Assembly (NCBI GenBank): GCA_047947115.1
Contig: CP170459.1
Coordinates: 3,104,001 to 3,168,000 of the forward strand
Direction of reading: 5' to 3'
DNA from: Verrucomicrobiota bacterium
GTDB taxonomy: Bacteria; Verrucomicrobiota; Verrucomicrobiia; Limisphaerales; AAA164-E04
Length of the DNA: 64,000 bases
Shown in pieces: positions 29,259 to 40,700 of the stretch. How positions within the stretch are numbered: the stretch's first letter is position 1; each line of letters starts with the position of its first letter. A program made the translations under genes and the position numbers. The notes beneath the pieces were generated by a model that worked only from the letters and a program-made list of their open reading frames with translations, did not search any database and was not told where the DNA came from.

Positions 29259-30149
29259 TCAACCCGCATTCAATTCCTTGAGATACGCCTGATACAATGT
29301 CCTTTCCAATGGGTGCAGGGGAATGGATCGGTTGTCAACGCGCTGAATGTGCACCAATCCATAGGAACATAAGGTGACAAACACCGAATCCGCACTTACG
29401 AGTTGCGCCAGATCGCAGGGCACCTCCGAGCATTCCAGTCCGAGGGATCTGGCCAATCTCAACATGAGTTGGCGTGTGGTGCCGTTCAGTATGCCGCATT
29501 CTGTTGTCGGGGTGAAAAGTTGGTTGCTCCGAATCAGAAACAGGTTGGCGGAACTGGTTTCCGTGAGATGATCATTCTCGTTGAGGACGATTCCATCGTC
29601 AAAGCCCGCGTCCATGGCTTCTTTTTTGATCAGGATTTGAAACAGTTTGTTCCCTGTTTTCCATTTGGGGATGGCCGAAAAGGACGGGGTGCGAATACGT
29701 GATGTATGGAGACTCCAACTGACAGGTTTATCCTCCGGCAGAGTCGGGGCTCGGTGCAGCGTGATCAAGCGGGTGGGGGTGGCCGAGTTGGAAGGCGCAT
29801 ACCCTCGAGGTCCCGGGCCGCGGGATACGTGGATGCGGGCCAGGCCTTGTTCGGTTTGGTTCTTCTTCAGTAATGCCTGAAGGTGTTCCACCCATTCACC
29901 CTTTTTTGCGAAGAGCGGCATGTTCAGAGCATCACATCCGGTCTGCAGTCGGGTCCAGTGTTGATCCCATTGAAACAGTTTGCCTTGATGGATGCGAATG
30001 GTCTCGAAAAGCCCATCCCCGTAGAGGAATCCGCGATCCATGACAGACACCGAAGCGGATGATGTTTCCACGATCTCGCCTTGCAGCCAGCACCATGGGT
30101 AGGTGCCGTCCATCCAGGTCAGGCTTGCTTTTTGGACTTGTGCCATCAT
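29259..30149 (-). CDS. Class IV PLP enzyme (4-amino-4-deoxychorismate lyase / branched-chain aminotransferase-like)
   Basis: DRGFLYGDGLFETIR, KTGN, ETSSANLF, GILNGTTR. Confidence 0.88.
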   Translation of the reverse strand: MMAQVQKASLTWMDGTYPWCWLQGEIVETSSASVSVMDRGFLYGDGLFETIRIHQGKLFQWDQHWTRLQTGCDALNMPLFAKKGEWVEHLQALLKKNQTEQGLARIHVSRGPGPRGYAPSNSATPTRLITLHRAPTLPEDKPVSWSLHTSRIRTPSFSAIPKWKTGNKLFQILIKKEAMDAGFDDGIVLNENDHLTETSSANLFLIRSNQLFTPTTECGILNGTTRQLMLRLARSLGLECSEVPCDLAQLVSADSVFVTLCSYGLVHIQRVDNRSIPLHPLERTLYQAYLKELNAG

Positions 30150-30459
30150 GTTGCGTCGGGTTTCCGAGTAAGTGTGGGTTTGAGCCTAGTTAAATGAACG
30201 CTGAGAGGGAAGCCTGTCTTTTCCATTGAATCCGAATAATCTTGCCTCGCTCTACTGGGTGAGCGTTCAATGGGATAACGTTTGAACGATTTGAATACCC
30301 AATGAGGACCGTGAACGATCTCCAGATCATTGATTTCAATGTAAAGTCCCTTCCAGAGGGAGTTGTTGCCGAAACAGGCGGAATGCTTCCATGCGATTTC
30401 TGCTGGATTCCGCGGTCCGCACGGGCAGGTTCTTGTATCAATATCCCATTCTGACTTAT

Positions 30460-31557
30460 ATGGCTTTAGATCCTAAAAGTATTCGACTTTTTGAAGACCT
30501 GTCGGAGGAGCAACTGGCCGGTTTGGATTCCAGTTGGCAATCGCGTCACTTTCAGGTGGAGACAGCCATTTTCAAGGAAGGGGATCCGGGGGATGGGATT
30601 TATCTGATTGCCGAAGGAGAAGTCAGTATTTCGGTCAAAATGCCCAACCAGCAGACCTGTCTGTTGGCCACCATTGAGACGGGTGATTTCTTCGGGGAGA
30701 TGGCCGTACTGGACCAGGGCCCGAGATCGGCAACGGTTACCGCCCTGAAACCCACTGAAGTCGTGTTCATTCCCAGGCAGGTCATTCTGGATCTTTTTCA
30801 TGCTTCATCGGAATTTGCCCTTAGACTGTTCAATGAAACCAGCGCCCGGCTGCGTGAGTTCAATCGTAAATATGTGGAAGAATTGCTCCAGGCAGAACGC
30901 CTGTCACTGGTCGGGAGATTTGCCCGGTCGATCGTTCATGATTTTAAAAACCCCCTGAATGTCATCCGGCTTGCGTCTGAGTTCGGTATTCATTCCGGAG
31001 CAGACGAAACGGCTCGACGCGAGATCCATGAGCGTATCTCGCTTCAGGTGGATCGCCTGAGTGACATGATCAATGAACTCCTTGAATTTACCCGGGGTGA
31101 TCGAGCCGAAGTTGTTTTGTCTCCCTCCAACTACGGGCATTTCATCAAAAACGTCGTGGCAGAGTTGGGCGCTGAAGCCATCGGCAAAGGAGTTGAGTTG
31201 GAGCTTGGCTCAGACTTGCCCGATCTCGAACTGAGCTTTGATCCCCGGCGATTGAAGCATGTCTTCCACAACCTGATCGCAAATGCCCTTGACGCCATGG
31301 ATGGAGGAGGGAAGGTCACCATCACCGTTCGCAAAAAGGACAATCACCTCGAAACGGACATCGAAGACACCGGCCCTGGTGTTCATCCTGATATCGCCAC
31401 CAGATTGTTTGACGCCTTTGCCACTTACGGCAAAAAGCAGGGGACGGGGCTTGGTTTGTCAATTTGTCAGAAAATCGTCCACGACCACCATGGAGAAATT
31501 GCCGCCTTACCCAATCCCGGCAAAGGAGCGCTCTTCCGCATCCTCCTCCCGCTCTGA
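30460..31557 (+). CDS. Cyclic-nucleotide-binding domain histidine kinase
   Basis: FKEGD…FFGEMA…PRSATV (cNMP); HDFKNPL (H box); NALDA, DTGPG, GTGLGL (HATPase). Confidence 0.9.
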   Translation: MALDPKSIRLFEDLSEEQLAGLDSSWQSRHFQVETAIFKEGDPGDGIYLIAEGEVSISVKMPNQQTCLLATIETGDFFGEMAVLDQGPRSATVTALKPTEVVFIPRQVILDLFHASSEFALRLFNETSARLREFNRKYVEELLQAERLSLVGRFARSIVHDFKNPLNVIRLASEFGIHSGADETARREIHERISLQVDRLSDMINELLEFTRGDRAEVVLSPSNYGHFIKNVVAELGAEAIGKGVELELGSDLPDLELSFDPRRLKHVFHNLIANALDAMDGGGKVTITVRKKDNHLETDIEDTGPGVHPDIATRLFDAFATYGKKQGTGLGLSICQKIVHDHHGEIAALPNPGKGALFRILLPL

Positions 31558-31580
31558 TCCTTTAATTCCCGTCCAAACAA

Positions 31581-33095
31581 TCAGCGTGCAGCAAGGAAGG
31601 CTTTTAGTTTTTCCGCTGTTTTGCCGCCGAAGCCAGGAACGATGGCGATTTCTTCCAGGGTGGCTGTTTTGAGGCGTTGGACCGAGCCGAATTTTTTGAG
31701 CAGGGCCGCCTTGCGATGTCGGCCAATGCCGGGGAATTCATCCAGGAGGCTTTCTGAGATTTTCTTCAGGCGAAGCTGAGCGTTGAATGTGTTGGCGAAT
31801 CGATGGGATTCGTCGCGAACCCTTTGAAGCAGTTTTAGGGCGCCGGATCGATGGTCCAGCCGGATGGGATCCGATTCGCCCGGACGGTAGATCTCTTCGA
31901 ATTCCTTCGCCAGGCCGATGATGGGAATGTGGGATAATCCCAGTTTGTCCAGTTCCTCACAGGCCATGCCGAGTTGTCCCTTTCCTCCGTCGATCAGGAT
32001 GAGTTCCGGGTAGGGCGGATTGATCGTGTGGTCATCGTCCTGGTTCTGTTGTTGTTCTTCATATTCTTTTTTGAGTCGGCTGTAGCGGCGGCGGACGGTT
32101 TCGGCCATGCAGGCGAAGTCGTCTTGTCCTTTCACCGTTTTCATTTTGTAACGGCGGTAATTGGAGCGATCGGGGCGGCCGTTTTTAAAACGGACCATGG
32201 AGGCAACTTTGAATGTTCCGCTGATGTTCGAGATGTCGAAACCTTCAATGCGTACTGGGAGTTCGATTAAACCCAGGACCTTGCGCAGCTCGGTCATATC
32301 GGCGATGGGATCGATGGCAAGGGGTAAATTGTAGGGGAGTCGGGAGAATTTGCCGGTTTTTTGAGTGGCCTTTTTGAGGTCCTGCAGCATGTCACGGAGT
32401 TCGGCGGCTTTTTCGAAGTCCTGTGATTCGGCAGCCTTTCGCATCATGGATTCCAGTTCGGTTTCCATTTCGGACGATTGTCCGGTCAGGAATTCACATG
32501 CGGCTTCGACTTGTTTGAGGTAGTCTTCCGTGCTGATGTTGCCGATGCAAGGTGCGGTGCAGTGCTTGAGGTGTCCGTAGAGGCAGTGTTTGTAATCGTG
32601 TTCGTTGGGGGTTAGCGGGCGGCAACCGCGCAGGTTAAACTTTTGTCGTACCAGGGTCATTGTACGGCGAATGGCACCCGAACTGGCGAAGGGGCCGAAG
32701 TATTGGCTGCCGTCATCCTGGCGCATGCGCGTCAGGGTGAAACGTGGGATGGAGTCTTTCAGGTTGACCTTTAGCAGCAAGAATCTTTTGTCGTCCTTGA
32801 AACTGATGTTGTAGCGGGGTTTGAATTCCTTGATCAGTTTTCCTTCCAGCAGCACTGCGTCCGGATCGCTTTTGACCTGGTGCACGTCGAAGTCCTGGAT
32901 GGCTTCCACCAGGGCATTGAATTTCATGTCCCAACGTTGACGTCGCGAGGGATGGAAATACTGACTGACGCGCTTGCGCAAGCTCTTCGCTTTGCCGATG
33001 TAGATGACCGTTCCGAAACGGTCTTTCATCAGGTAAACACCTGGTTTGTGCGGCAGTTTGGACAGTTTTTTCCGAATGGTCTCATTAATGGGCAT
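31581..33095 (-). CDS. uvrC: Excinuclease ABC subunit C
   Basis: GIY-YIG (PGVY…YIGKA), Cys cluster, UVR domain, FDISN, IDGGKGQ, RDESHRFA, HhH. Confidence 0.93.
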   Translation of the reverse strand: MPINETIRKKLSKLPHKPGVYLMKDRFGTVIYIGKAKSLRKRVSQYFHPSRRQRWDMKFNALVEAIQDFDVHQVKSDPDAVLLEGKLIKEFKPRYNISFKDDKRFLLLKVNLKDSIPRFTLTRMRQDDGSQYFGPFASSGAIRRTMTLVRQKFNLRGCRPLTPNEHDYKHCLYGHLKHCTAPCIGNISTEDYLKQVEAACEFLTGQSSEMETELESMMRKAAESQDFEKAAELRDMLQDLKKATQKTGKFSRLPYNLPLAIDPIADMTELRKVLGLIELPVRIEGFDISNISGTFKVASMVRFKNGRPDRSNYRRYKMKTVKGQDDFACMAETVRRRYSRLKKEYEEQQQNQDDDHTINPPYPELILIDGGKGQLGMACEELDKLGLSHIPIIGLAKEFEEIYRPGESDPIRLDHRSGALKLLQRVRDESHRFANTFNAQLRLKKISESLLDEFPGIGRHRKAALLKKFGSVQRLKTATLEEIAIVPGFGGKTAEKLKAFLAAR

Positions 33096-33257
33096 GGTCG
33101 GAGGAGTGACCTGACAGGCCTGTTTTTTACCATGAAAACGCCGGGAACACGAAGTTTTTTTGGGAGAGGATCACGCGCATCCCGTCACGCCAGGAATTGT
33201 GTGTCCAGTTGCCGTCGTTCACGTTTCGTCGTAATAAGGTCTCCTTCTGGTGCCGGT

Positions 33258-33827
33258 TCAGGCTTTCAGAGATTCGATTTCCATGAAGGCGTAGCAAAGC
33301 ATGTGGCAGATGCCCATGTGACAATCTTCGACGCGACCGTAGTGTTCGGAGTCGATGACGATCAGGTGATCGGCCAGGTTTGCCAATCCACCGCGTTTGG
33401 CGCCAACGAAAGCGAGTACGATCAGGCCTTTTTCCTTCGCCCATTCGACGGCTCGAAGCAGGTTGGGGGAGTTGCCGCTGACGCTCATGGTGATGACGAC
33501 ATCGCCTGGTTGGGCGTAGTTTTCCATCTGGCGCTTGAACACGTCGTCGTAGGAGTAATCGTTTCCAATGGCGGTCATCCAGCTGACGTTGTCGTTGATC
33601 GAGAGCACCTTGAAGCGTTTGCTCATCTTGTCGGAGGAGCCTTTCCCAAGATCGGTGGTGAAATGGGAGGCGTTGGCCGCGCTGCCACCGTTGCCGAAAA
33701 CGAAGATGTGCTTGTCATCCTGCCAGGCTTTTTGCAGTACGCTGATGCATTCCGCCACTTTGTCGGCGGGGATGGAGTCGAGTGCGGTTTTTTGAGCTTC
33801 GATGTATGATGCAATCCAGTCGTTCAT
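33258..33827 (-). CDS. gmhA: SIS-domain phosphoheptose isomerase
   Basis: GNGGSAANASH, TAIGND, SVSGNSPN, EDCH. Confidence 0.8.
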   Translation of the reverse strand: MNDWIASYIEAQKTALDSIPADKVAECISVLQKAWQDDKHIFVFGNGGSAANASHFTTDLGKGSSDKMSKRFKVLSINDNVSWMTAIGNDYSYDDVFKRQMENYAQPGDVVITMSVSGNSPNLLRAVEWAKEKGLIVLAFVGAKRGGLANLADHLIVIDSEHYGRVEDCHMGICHMLCYAFMEIESLKA

Positions 33828-33918
33828 GGACAAGGAATCTTTCATGAAGCCGGGCAAAAGTCACGTCCAAATGGCGACTTGTAACCTGGTGGCTCAGTTT
33901 GTAATCCTTTTGCTCATC

Positions 33919-36900
33919 ATGATACACCCTATTGCCCGAACAGGAAATTGGCAGGCTGGATTGATTTGTCTGGTGTTGGTGGCGACGATGAATTTGACCG
34001 AAGCGCAAAACAATCGTCGTCAACGTGGCGCTGCCAATCAAGCGAACCATGCAAGCCAGGGTGATCCCTTGTTTGAACAATTCGCGCTGTACCGCAAGAA
34101 CGCGCCGCGCCCCTCTGAGGCCGAAAGCCCTCGTGCCACCAAACTTCCCCTGGTGTTGCCTCCGGACAGTCATGTCGCATTCATTGGCAACGCCCTGTTT
34201 GAAAGATCGGCTTGGTATGGTCAGTTTGAGTCGATGCTGCATGCAGCCTTTACGAAACATCAGTTAACCGTTCGTAACTTGTCCTGGGCGGCGGATACTC
34301 CGGACCTGCAGCCGAGACCCGACAACTTTGCGGATCTGGAGCAGCACTTGTTGCACGAACAGGTGGATGTGGTGTTCGCCGCTTTTGGGCTTAATGAATC
34401 CTTCGCGGGAGAAGAAGGGCTGGGGGTGTTCAAGCAAACGCTGGGGACCTTCGTCGAACGCCTCCGTTCATTGGCCTTCAACGGGCAGACGGGACCCCAG
34501 ATCGTTCTGGTTTCCCCGATTGCCTGCGAGAACATTCCCAATGTGCCGGCCGCCGACATGAACAATCAACGGCTTGCTCTTTACACAAAGGCCATGAGGG
34601 AAGTGGCGCAGGAGCGGCAGGTGGGGTTTGCTGATGTGTTCCAACCTGCTTCAAGTTGGCTGGCTGCATCAGACTCACAATACACCATCAACGGCCTGCA
34701 CTTGAATGAATCAGGTTACGCACGGTTTGCTGCAGATTTGTTCCAAGCCGTTTTTGGCCGTCCAGCACCGAACGTGCCCGAAATGTTGCGTCAGGCGGTT
34801 GTGGAAAAGAACCGGCAATATTTTCGGCGTTACCGTCCCTTGAACACGTATTATTATACCGGTGCTCGAAACAAGACTTATGGTTACTTGGATTTTCTGC
34901 CGGCGATGCGGAATTTTGAAATCATGGTTGGTAACCGTGATGCCTGGATCTGGGAGTTGGCCGGAGGGAATCTTGATGCCAAGCTGGACGATTCCAATCT
35001 GCCTCCCATGCCCGCAACACCTCAAAGCCGGGGTGCCAATCGATGGCTTTCTCCTGAGGATGAATTGGCCGAATTCAAGATTGATCCCAGATTCGAAGTG
35101 AACCTGTTCGCGTCCGAAGAACAGTTTCCCGATCTGGCTTGTCCCATCCAGATGCGATGGGATGCGCAGGGTCGATTGTGGGTGAGCTGTTCGACCACTT
35201 ATCCCCATGTTTACCCGGGAGGTGAACCGAAGGACAAGATCATTATTTTGGAGGATGTTGACAAAGATGGCCGTGCCGACAAATCCACAGTCTTTGCCGA
35301 TGACCTGGCGATTCCCTTGTCTTTTGAGCTTGGCGACGGCGGCGTGTATGTGTCCGAAGAGCCTCATTTCAGTTGGGTGGGGGATACCGACGGGGATGGC
35401 AAGGCGGATCAGCGGATTCGGTTGCTTTCCGGGTTTGGTTGTGAAGATTCGCATCACGCCTTGCACGATTTTGTGTGGACACCGGAAGGGGACCTGATGT
35501 TTCGGGAATCCATCTTTCATCACAGCCAGGTGGAAACGCCTTATGGACCCGTGCGAGTGGACAACAGTGCCTGGTTTTTATTTCGACCAGAAACACATCG
35601 TCTTCTGTCGTTCGGAAGTTATCCCAACACCAATCCTTGGGGCGTGACCTTCGATGACTGGGGATATCATGTCGCCAGTCACCCGGTGTTTGCTGCGGCG
35701 TTTCATGCTCCGAATCCACCTTATCCCGATCAACACCCCAGGGCGGCTGGGTTACAGGCTTACTCGGGTGTGTGCGGGCATGAGTTTGTGGACTTTGGAT
35801 TCTGGCCTGAGGAAATGCAGGGAGGTTTTGTTAAAGTGCGATACAAACCATCGAATCGCGTGGAGATCCATCAGTGGATTGAGAAGGACGATCATTTCGA
35901 GGAAGCTTATCAGGGAGACATCTTATATTCGTCCAATCTCAGTTTTATTCCAGTCGATCTCAAATACGGTCCGCGTGGGGCCATGTATGTCTGCGACTGG
36001 TATAATCCGGTTAAAGGTCACATGCAGTATTCATTGCGAGATGAGCGTCGAGATCGGCTTTCCGGGCGCATCTGGCGCATTGTGCCCAAAGGTGTCACGC
36101 TCCAGGATCCGCCGACCATCCACGGGGAATCCATTGTTGCATTGTTGGAGATTTTGAAACGACCCGATTATCGATATCGCTACTGGGCGCGCCGAGAATT
36201 GCGTGAACGTTCGGGTAACGAGGTGAAAACAAGTTTGGATCAATGGGTCAAACAGCTTGATCCCAAGGACGTTCGATACAGACATCACCAGATTGAAGCT
36301 CTCTGGCTCTACCGCACGATCGGTGCTTCCAATCATGATCTATTGCGAGATGTGTTGACGGGAGATCAGCATCATGCGCGCGCAGCAGCGACTCGTGTGC
36401 TGCGTTCCTGGCATGGAGATATGCCAGATGCATTGGAATGGCTTGCGAAGTCTGCGGCCGACGAGAGTGCATTGGTTCGCATGGAAGCCGCCATCGCCGC
36501 TGCCTGGATGGGGAGTCGGGAGGCCTTGGACATTCTCATCACCCTGCCGGATCGCCCCATGGGGGATCATCTGCGTTATGCGTTTGTCTGTGCACTCGGT
36601 TCGGAAAACATGAAACGTCATTGGGATGGGAATGCGCAATATGCCCTGGTGCCGGTTTTGCTGAAATCATCTGCCAAGGTGGAGGCGTTTCTCGAACCTT
36701 CAAAAAGCGCCCGTGATGCGGAGTTTGACCTGCAGCCGGATTTGGAAACGCTCCGTATCGCCTGTGTTCCCGAGCAGATGCGGTTCACCGTGGAAAAGGC
36801 GATTGTCAAGGCGGGGCAGCCCATCAAGTTGATTTTTACCAATCCGGATGCCACCGATCACAACTGGGTGTTGACGGAACCAGGGAAGATGGAAGCCGTC

Positions 36901-37677
36901 GGCATGGCAGCCAATGAGATGGTGAAAGATCCTGCGAATGCCGGTTCGGATTTCATCCCGTCCGATCAACGGGATGCCATCATTCAGTTCACCCCGCTAG
37001 TAGGTCCCGGTCGCAAGTCTAAAATCCACGTACTACGGTTCAATGCACCCGAAAAACCCGGCGTCTATCCGTTTGTATGCACCTTTCCTGGGCATTGGGT
37101 TGTGATGAACGGGGCCTTGTGGGTGACGGACGATCAGGTCGGGGAGAGCGAACTGGCCAATGCCATTTCAACGCCAACCTTTGTGAATGATTGGCAGATG
37201 TCCGATTTTGATCAGGTCAATGTCGCGGCTGATCCCAATACGATGATGCGTGGAATGAAGGCATTCCTGGATGCACAATGCCATCAGTGCCACCGTATGG
37301 ATGGTCGGGGTGTGGAGTTGGGACCTGATCTTACCACCGTTCGGGAACGGTTCAAAGGGAAGGAGCTGTTGCGTCAGATTTTGGAGCCCTCCTCTCATAT
37401 CGATGAAGCCTACCGACTGGTCCGCATCGAGACGAAGGATGAGACGGAATGGAGCGGAGGCCTGGTAGGGCAGGATGACCGGGAGATTCGCTTGCGCCCT
37501 AGTCTGTTGGTGCCGGATCAGGTCGTGACTTTGGATCGAAAGCAAGTTCGCTCCATTTATACCTCTCCACTTTCGCCCATGCCAGAAGGCATGGTTTCCA
37601 CCCTGACGCGTGAGGCCATTCTTGATTTGCTTGCCTATCTGGAAGCTGGTGGGCATGGCAGCCATGAGGGGCATTGA
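33919..37677 (+). CDS. PVC-type heme-binding CxxCH protein: SGNH-like + beta-propeller + HEAT + cupredoxin + cytochrome c
   Basis: FASE…P, DxDGDGKAD, DWYNP, HEAT repeats, HNWVL…CTFPGHWVVM, CHQCH…GPDL…SPMP; start uncertain (33802-33988). Confidence 0.85.
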   Translation: MIHPIARTGNWQAGLICLVLVATMNLTEAQNNRRQRGAANQANHASQGDPLFEQFALYRKNAPRPSEAESPRATKLPLVLPPDSHVAFIGNALFERSAWYGQFESMLHAAFTKHQLTVRNLSWAADTPDLQPRPDNFADLEQHLLHEQVDVVFAAFGLNESFAGEEGLGVFKQTLGTFVERLRSLAFNGQTGPQIVLVSPIACENIPNVPAADMNNQRLALYTKAMREVAQERQVGFADVFQPASSWLAASDSQYTINGLHLNESGYARFAADLFQAVFGRPAPNVPEMLRQAVVEKNRQYFRRYRPLNTYYYTGARNKTYGYLDFLPAMRNFEIMVGNRDAWIWELAGGNLDAKLDDSNLPPMPATPQSRGANRWLSPEDELAEFKIDPRFEVNLFASEEQFPDLACPIQMRWDAQGRLWVSCSTTYPHVYPGGEPKDKIIILEDVDKDGRADKSTVFADDLAIPLSFELGDGGVYVSEEPHFSWVGDTDGDGKADQRIRLLSGFGCEDSHHALHDFVWTPEGDLMFRESIFHHSQVETPYGPVRVDNSAWFLFRPETHRLLSFGSYPNTNPWGVTFDDWGYHVASHPVFAAAFHAPNPPYPDQHPRAAGLQAYSGVCGHEFVDFGFWPEEMQGGFVKVRYKPSNRVEIHQWIEKDDHFEEAYQGDILYSSNLSFIPVDLKYGPRGAMYVCDWYNPVKGHMQYSLRDERRDRLSGRIWRIVPKGVTLQDPPTIHGESIVALLEILKRPDYRYRYWARRELRERSGNEVKTSLDQWVKQLDPKDVRYRHHQIEALWLYRTIGASNHDLLRDVLTGDQHHARAAATRVLRSWHGDMPDALEWLAKSAADESALVRMEAAIAAAWMGSREALDILITLPDRPMGDHLRYAFVCALGSENMKRHWDGNAQYALVPVLLKSSAKVEAFLEPSKSARDAEFDLQPDLETLRIACVPEQMRFTVEKAIVKAGQPIKLIFTNPDATDHNWVLTEPGKMEAVGMAANEMVKDPANAGSDFIPSDQRDAIIQFTPLVGPGRKSKIHVLRFNAPEKPGVYPFVCTFPGHWVVMNGALWVTDDQVGESELANAISTPTFVNDWQMSDFDQVNVAADPNTMMRGMKAFLDAQCHQCHRMDGRGVELGPDLTTVRERFKGKELLRQILEPSSHIDEAYRLVRIETKDETEWSGGLVGQDDREIRLRPSLLVPDQVVTLDRKQVRSIYTSPLSPMPEGMVSTLTREAILDLLAYLEAGGHGSHEGH

Positions 37678-37738
37678 ACGCGTCCTATTTCCATGGAGCG
37701 AAGAGCGCGAAACCTTGGATCTTGTCCAGTTTTTATTC

Positions 37739-40700
37739 ATGAAAAAAATCAATTTGAGAAACTTGTCCGTTTGGATTGTTGCGTTTGGATTGGGGATGCC
37801 CTCCTTGGCGGCAGCCACGGCGGGGCATGCTGAATTTGTCCATGCCATGCAACAATTGGAGTTGGCGGATGGATATGAAATCTCGTTGTATGCCGCCGAA
37901 CCTGACGTGTTGAATCCCATTGCATTGAGTGTGGATGAATCAGGGCGCGTTTATCTGGCCGAGACCGATCGATACCGTGATGCGGTCTTTGATGTCGTGA
38001 CCCAGAAACCGGAATGGTTGCCGGCAGATCTTTCGTTTCGCACTGTGGCGGATCGTACCGATTTCCTGAAACGCGAGTTTAAGGGCAATCTGGTACCACT
38101 TACCCGGGGTACTGAACGTGTCAGGGTCCTGTGGGATGTTGACGGCGATGGAAAGGCGGAACGCAGCACTGTCCTTGCCGATGGATTCAGCTCCATCCCG
38201 ACCGGACCGGCAGCCGGATTGTTGGCGCATCGAGGTCGGGTTTGGTTTCAATGTCTCCCCGGTCTGTGGAGAATCGATTGGTCTCCTGAAACCAATCAAC
38301 GGCATGGCATGAGGCAACTCCACGAAGGGTTCGGTGTTCACGTGGGAGTCTCGGGGCATGATCTGCACGGTATCACCTGGGGGCCGGAGGGAAGACTTTA
38401 CTTTTCCATGGGAGACCGCGGGTTGCATGTCGAGACTCCGGAAGGAACGTTGCATTATCCGGACACGGGCGCGGTGTTGCGTTGTGAGCCGGATGGATCG
38501 AATCTCGAGGTTGTGGCCTATGGTTTACGTAATCCACAGGAGATCGTATTTGATCCCTACGGAAATTTGTTTGCGGGGGATAATGACACATCGGGCGCCG
38601 ATAAATCGCGTATTCTGCATATTGTTCCACACGGAGACTATGGGTGGCGTTGTTCGTATCAGCACATGCAGGGATTCGGTCCCTGGGTGCAGGAATCATT
38701 CTGGAAAGGAGACATAGACGATATGCTGCCATCGACAGGGTATATCTCTCAAGGACCCTCCGGATTTGCGCTGCATCCTGAAGCCGGAGCGGAGGCCGAT
38801 ATGGCAGGGCCTTTCTTTATTTGTGATTTTCCAGGTGGGATACGATCGTTTGATCTGCGGCCCGACGGCGCCACCTTTGCCGCTTCGGACAATCAGAAAT
38901 GGCTGTGGAACCTTTGGGCGACGGACTTGGTCTTTGGTCCTGATGGAGTGGCCTATGTTACAGATTGGGTGGCGGGTTGGCAACAACCCGAGAAAGGCCG
39001 TGTTTACCAGATCAAAGCAGCCGAAGGCAACGCGGGATTGCTGGGGGCGGATGTGCGGCCCGTGATCTGGAGCATGAAGTCAGAGACCCGGCCAGAGCAG
39101 CTCGGAACCCTTTTATCTCATCGAAACCAATGGGTGAGACGTGAAGCGCAATTTCGCCTGGTGGATTTAGGGGAGGTTTCGGCGCGTGTCTTTGTGCGAA
39201 CATTGTCGGAAAACGAATCGGTGCTTGCTCGTTTGCATGCGGTCTGGGGATTGAGTCAGCTTACCCGCACCCAGCAGCCCACTTTGAAAGCCTATTATCA
39301 ACATGCAGCCAAAAGGGGGCTCAATGATTCGCAACCATCCGTTCGATCTGCAACGCTTCAATGGATCAGTGATGTGCCGGCCCTGGAGTTGTGGCAAGAG
39401 GTTGAAGGGCGCCTGGATGATGCTGATCCATCGGTAGTCATGTATGCAGCTTTAACCTTGAGTCATTGGTTGAGTCGATGGCCTGAAGTTGCGACGAAGA
39501 GTGAGACCTTCCTTCCCAGGGTTTTTGCAGGTTTGGAAGAGACATCATTAAAGGGGAATGCGCATCTGAGGCATGGGTATCATGTGTTGTTGAGCCGTTG
39601 GATCCAATACACAAAACCCGTGGAAGCCGTGGTGGATGGTTTGAGAAAACATCACTCGGAAAGTATTCGGTTGGCCATGTTGCAGGCGGCTCGTCGTTTG
39701 AAATCCACCAGTGCTGCCTTGTTTCTGTCGGATGCATCACCTCAGATTCGGGATTCGGCAGTTCGTGCCATTTACGATCAACGTATTGATGATGCTTTGC
39801 CGATCCTGCTTGATTGGACGCCTCCTGCCGGATCGAGTCCCGGAACGTATCGGCGATGGCTCTGGGCTCACTATCAGGTTGGAGGGGAACCCTGTTTTCG
39901 TAAGTTGGTCCATTACCTGGCTGGTTCGGATGTGGAGCCCGAGCTGATGGAAACCGAATTACCGTCCGATGTGAAACGAGTCTGCTTTGAAGTGCTGCGG
40001 AAATGGGGTGAAGGAACATCCCTGGATCCTGTGACCGGGTTGTGGCGTCCTGTTGCTGCACGTTCGACAGATCAGTTGGAGACCTTGTTGAAATCCAGGT
40101 TCGCCATTTTGTTTTCCAAGCAGAATGCCGCCATTCACCTGCCTTTGTTGGATTGGTTGACGGAAGGCACCATTGAGGATGCGGTTCCTTATATTGCAAA
40201 CTTGCTCGATTCACCTGATGCGAATCACGAAGTTAGGGCCGCATGCCTGAAAGCCCTCATTACATTGGATGCAGTGAAACGCACAGACTGGTTGCGTGCC
40301 GGGTTGGAAAGCGGTGTCGAATCAATGCAGTCTGTTGCGCTTGCTGCCTTGAGCGAGGGGGAAGGAGATCAACAGATGCCTGCTTTGTTCACTTTGTTGG
40401 AATGGTTCAAACCTGACTACGGCATCGAATTGCGGCAATCGGTCGTCAAATCAATCGCCCGCATGAATTCCACAGATGCGAAACAGGTGACCGAGGATTG
40501 GTGGCTGCAATTCAGGAATGGGACTTTTCCCGATGTGCTCAAGTTGGAACTGATCGAATCGGTCAGAGGGAGTGCCAAACCCGAGCGTCTTGCTTGGTGG
40601 AGGAGCTATCGTGACGAGGTCTTGTCCAAACAGTCCCGAGCGCTTCCGCTAGAAGTCCTGCATGGAGGTAATGTAGAAAGAGGACGTGCGATCTTCAGGG

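Noticed and set aside
30190..30441. 83-aa ORF or structured RNA in a divergent promoter region
   Set aside because: Only short scattered complementarity (TGAACGCT/AGCGTTCA) and no terminator or motif.
32880..33809. 309-aa plus-strand ORF
   Set aside because: Antisense to uvrC and gmhA; typical shadow frame.
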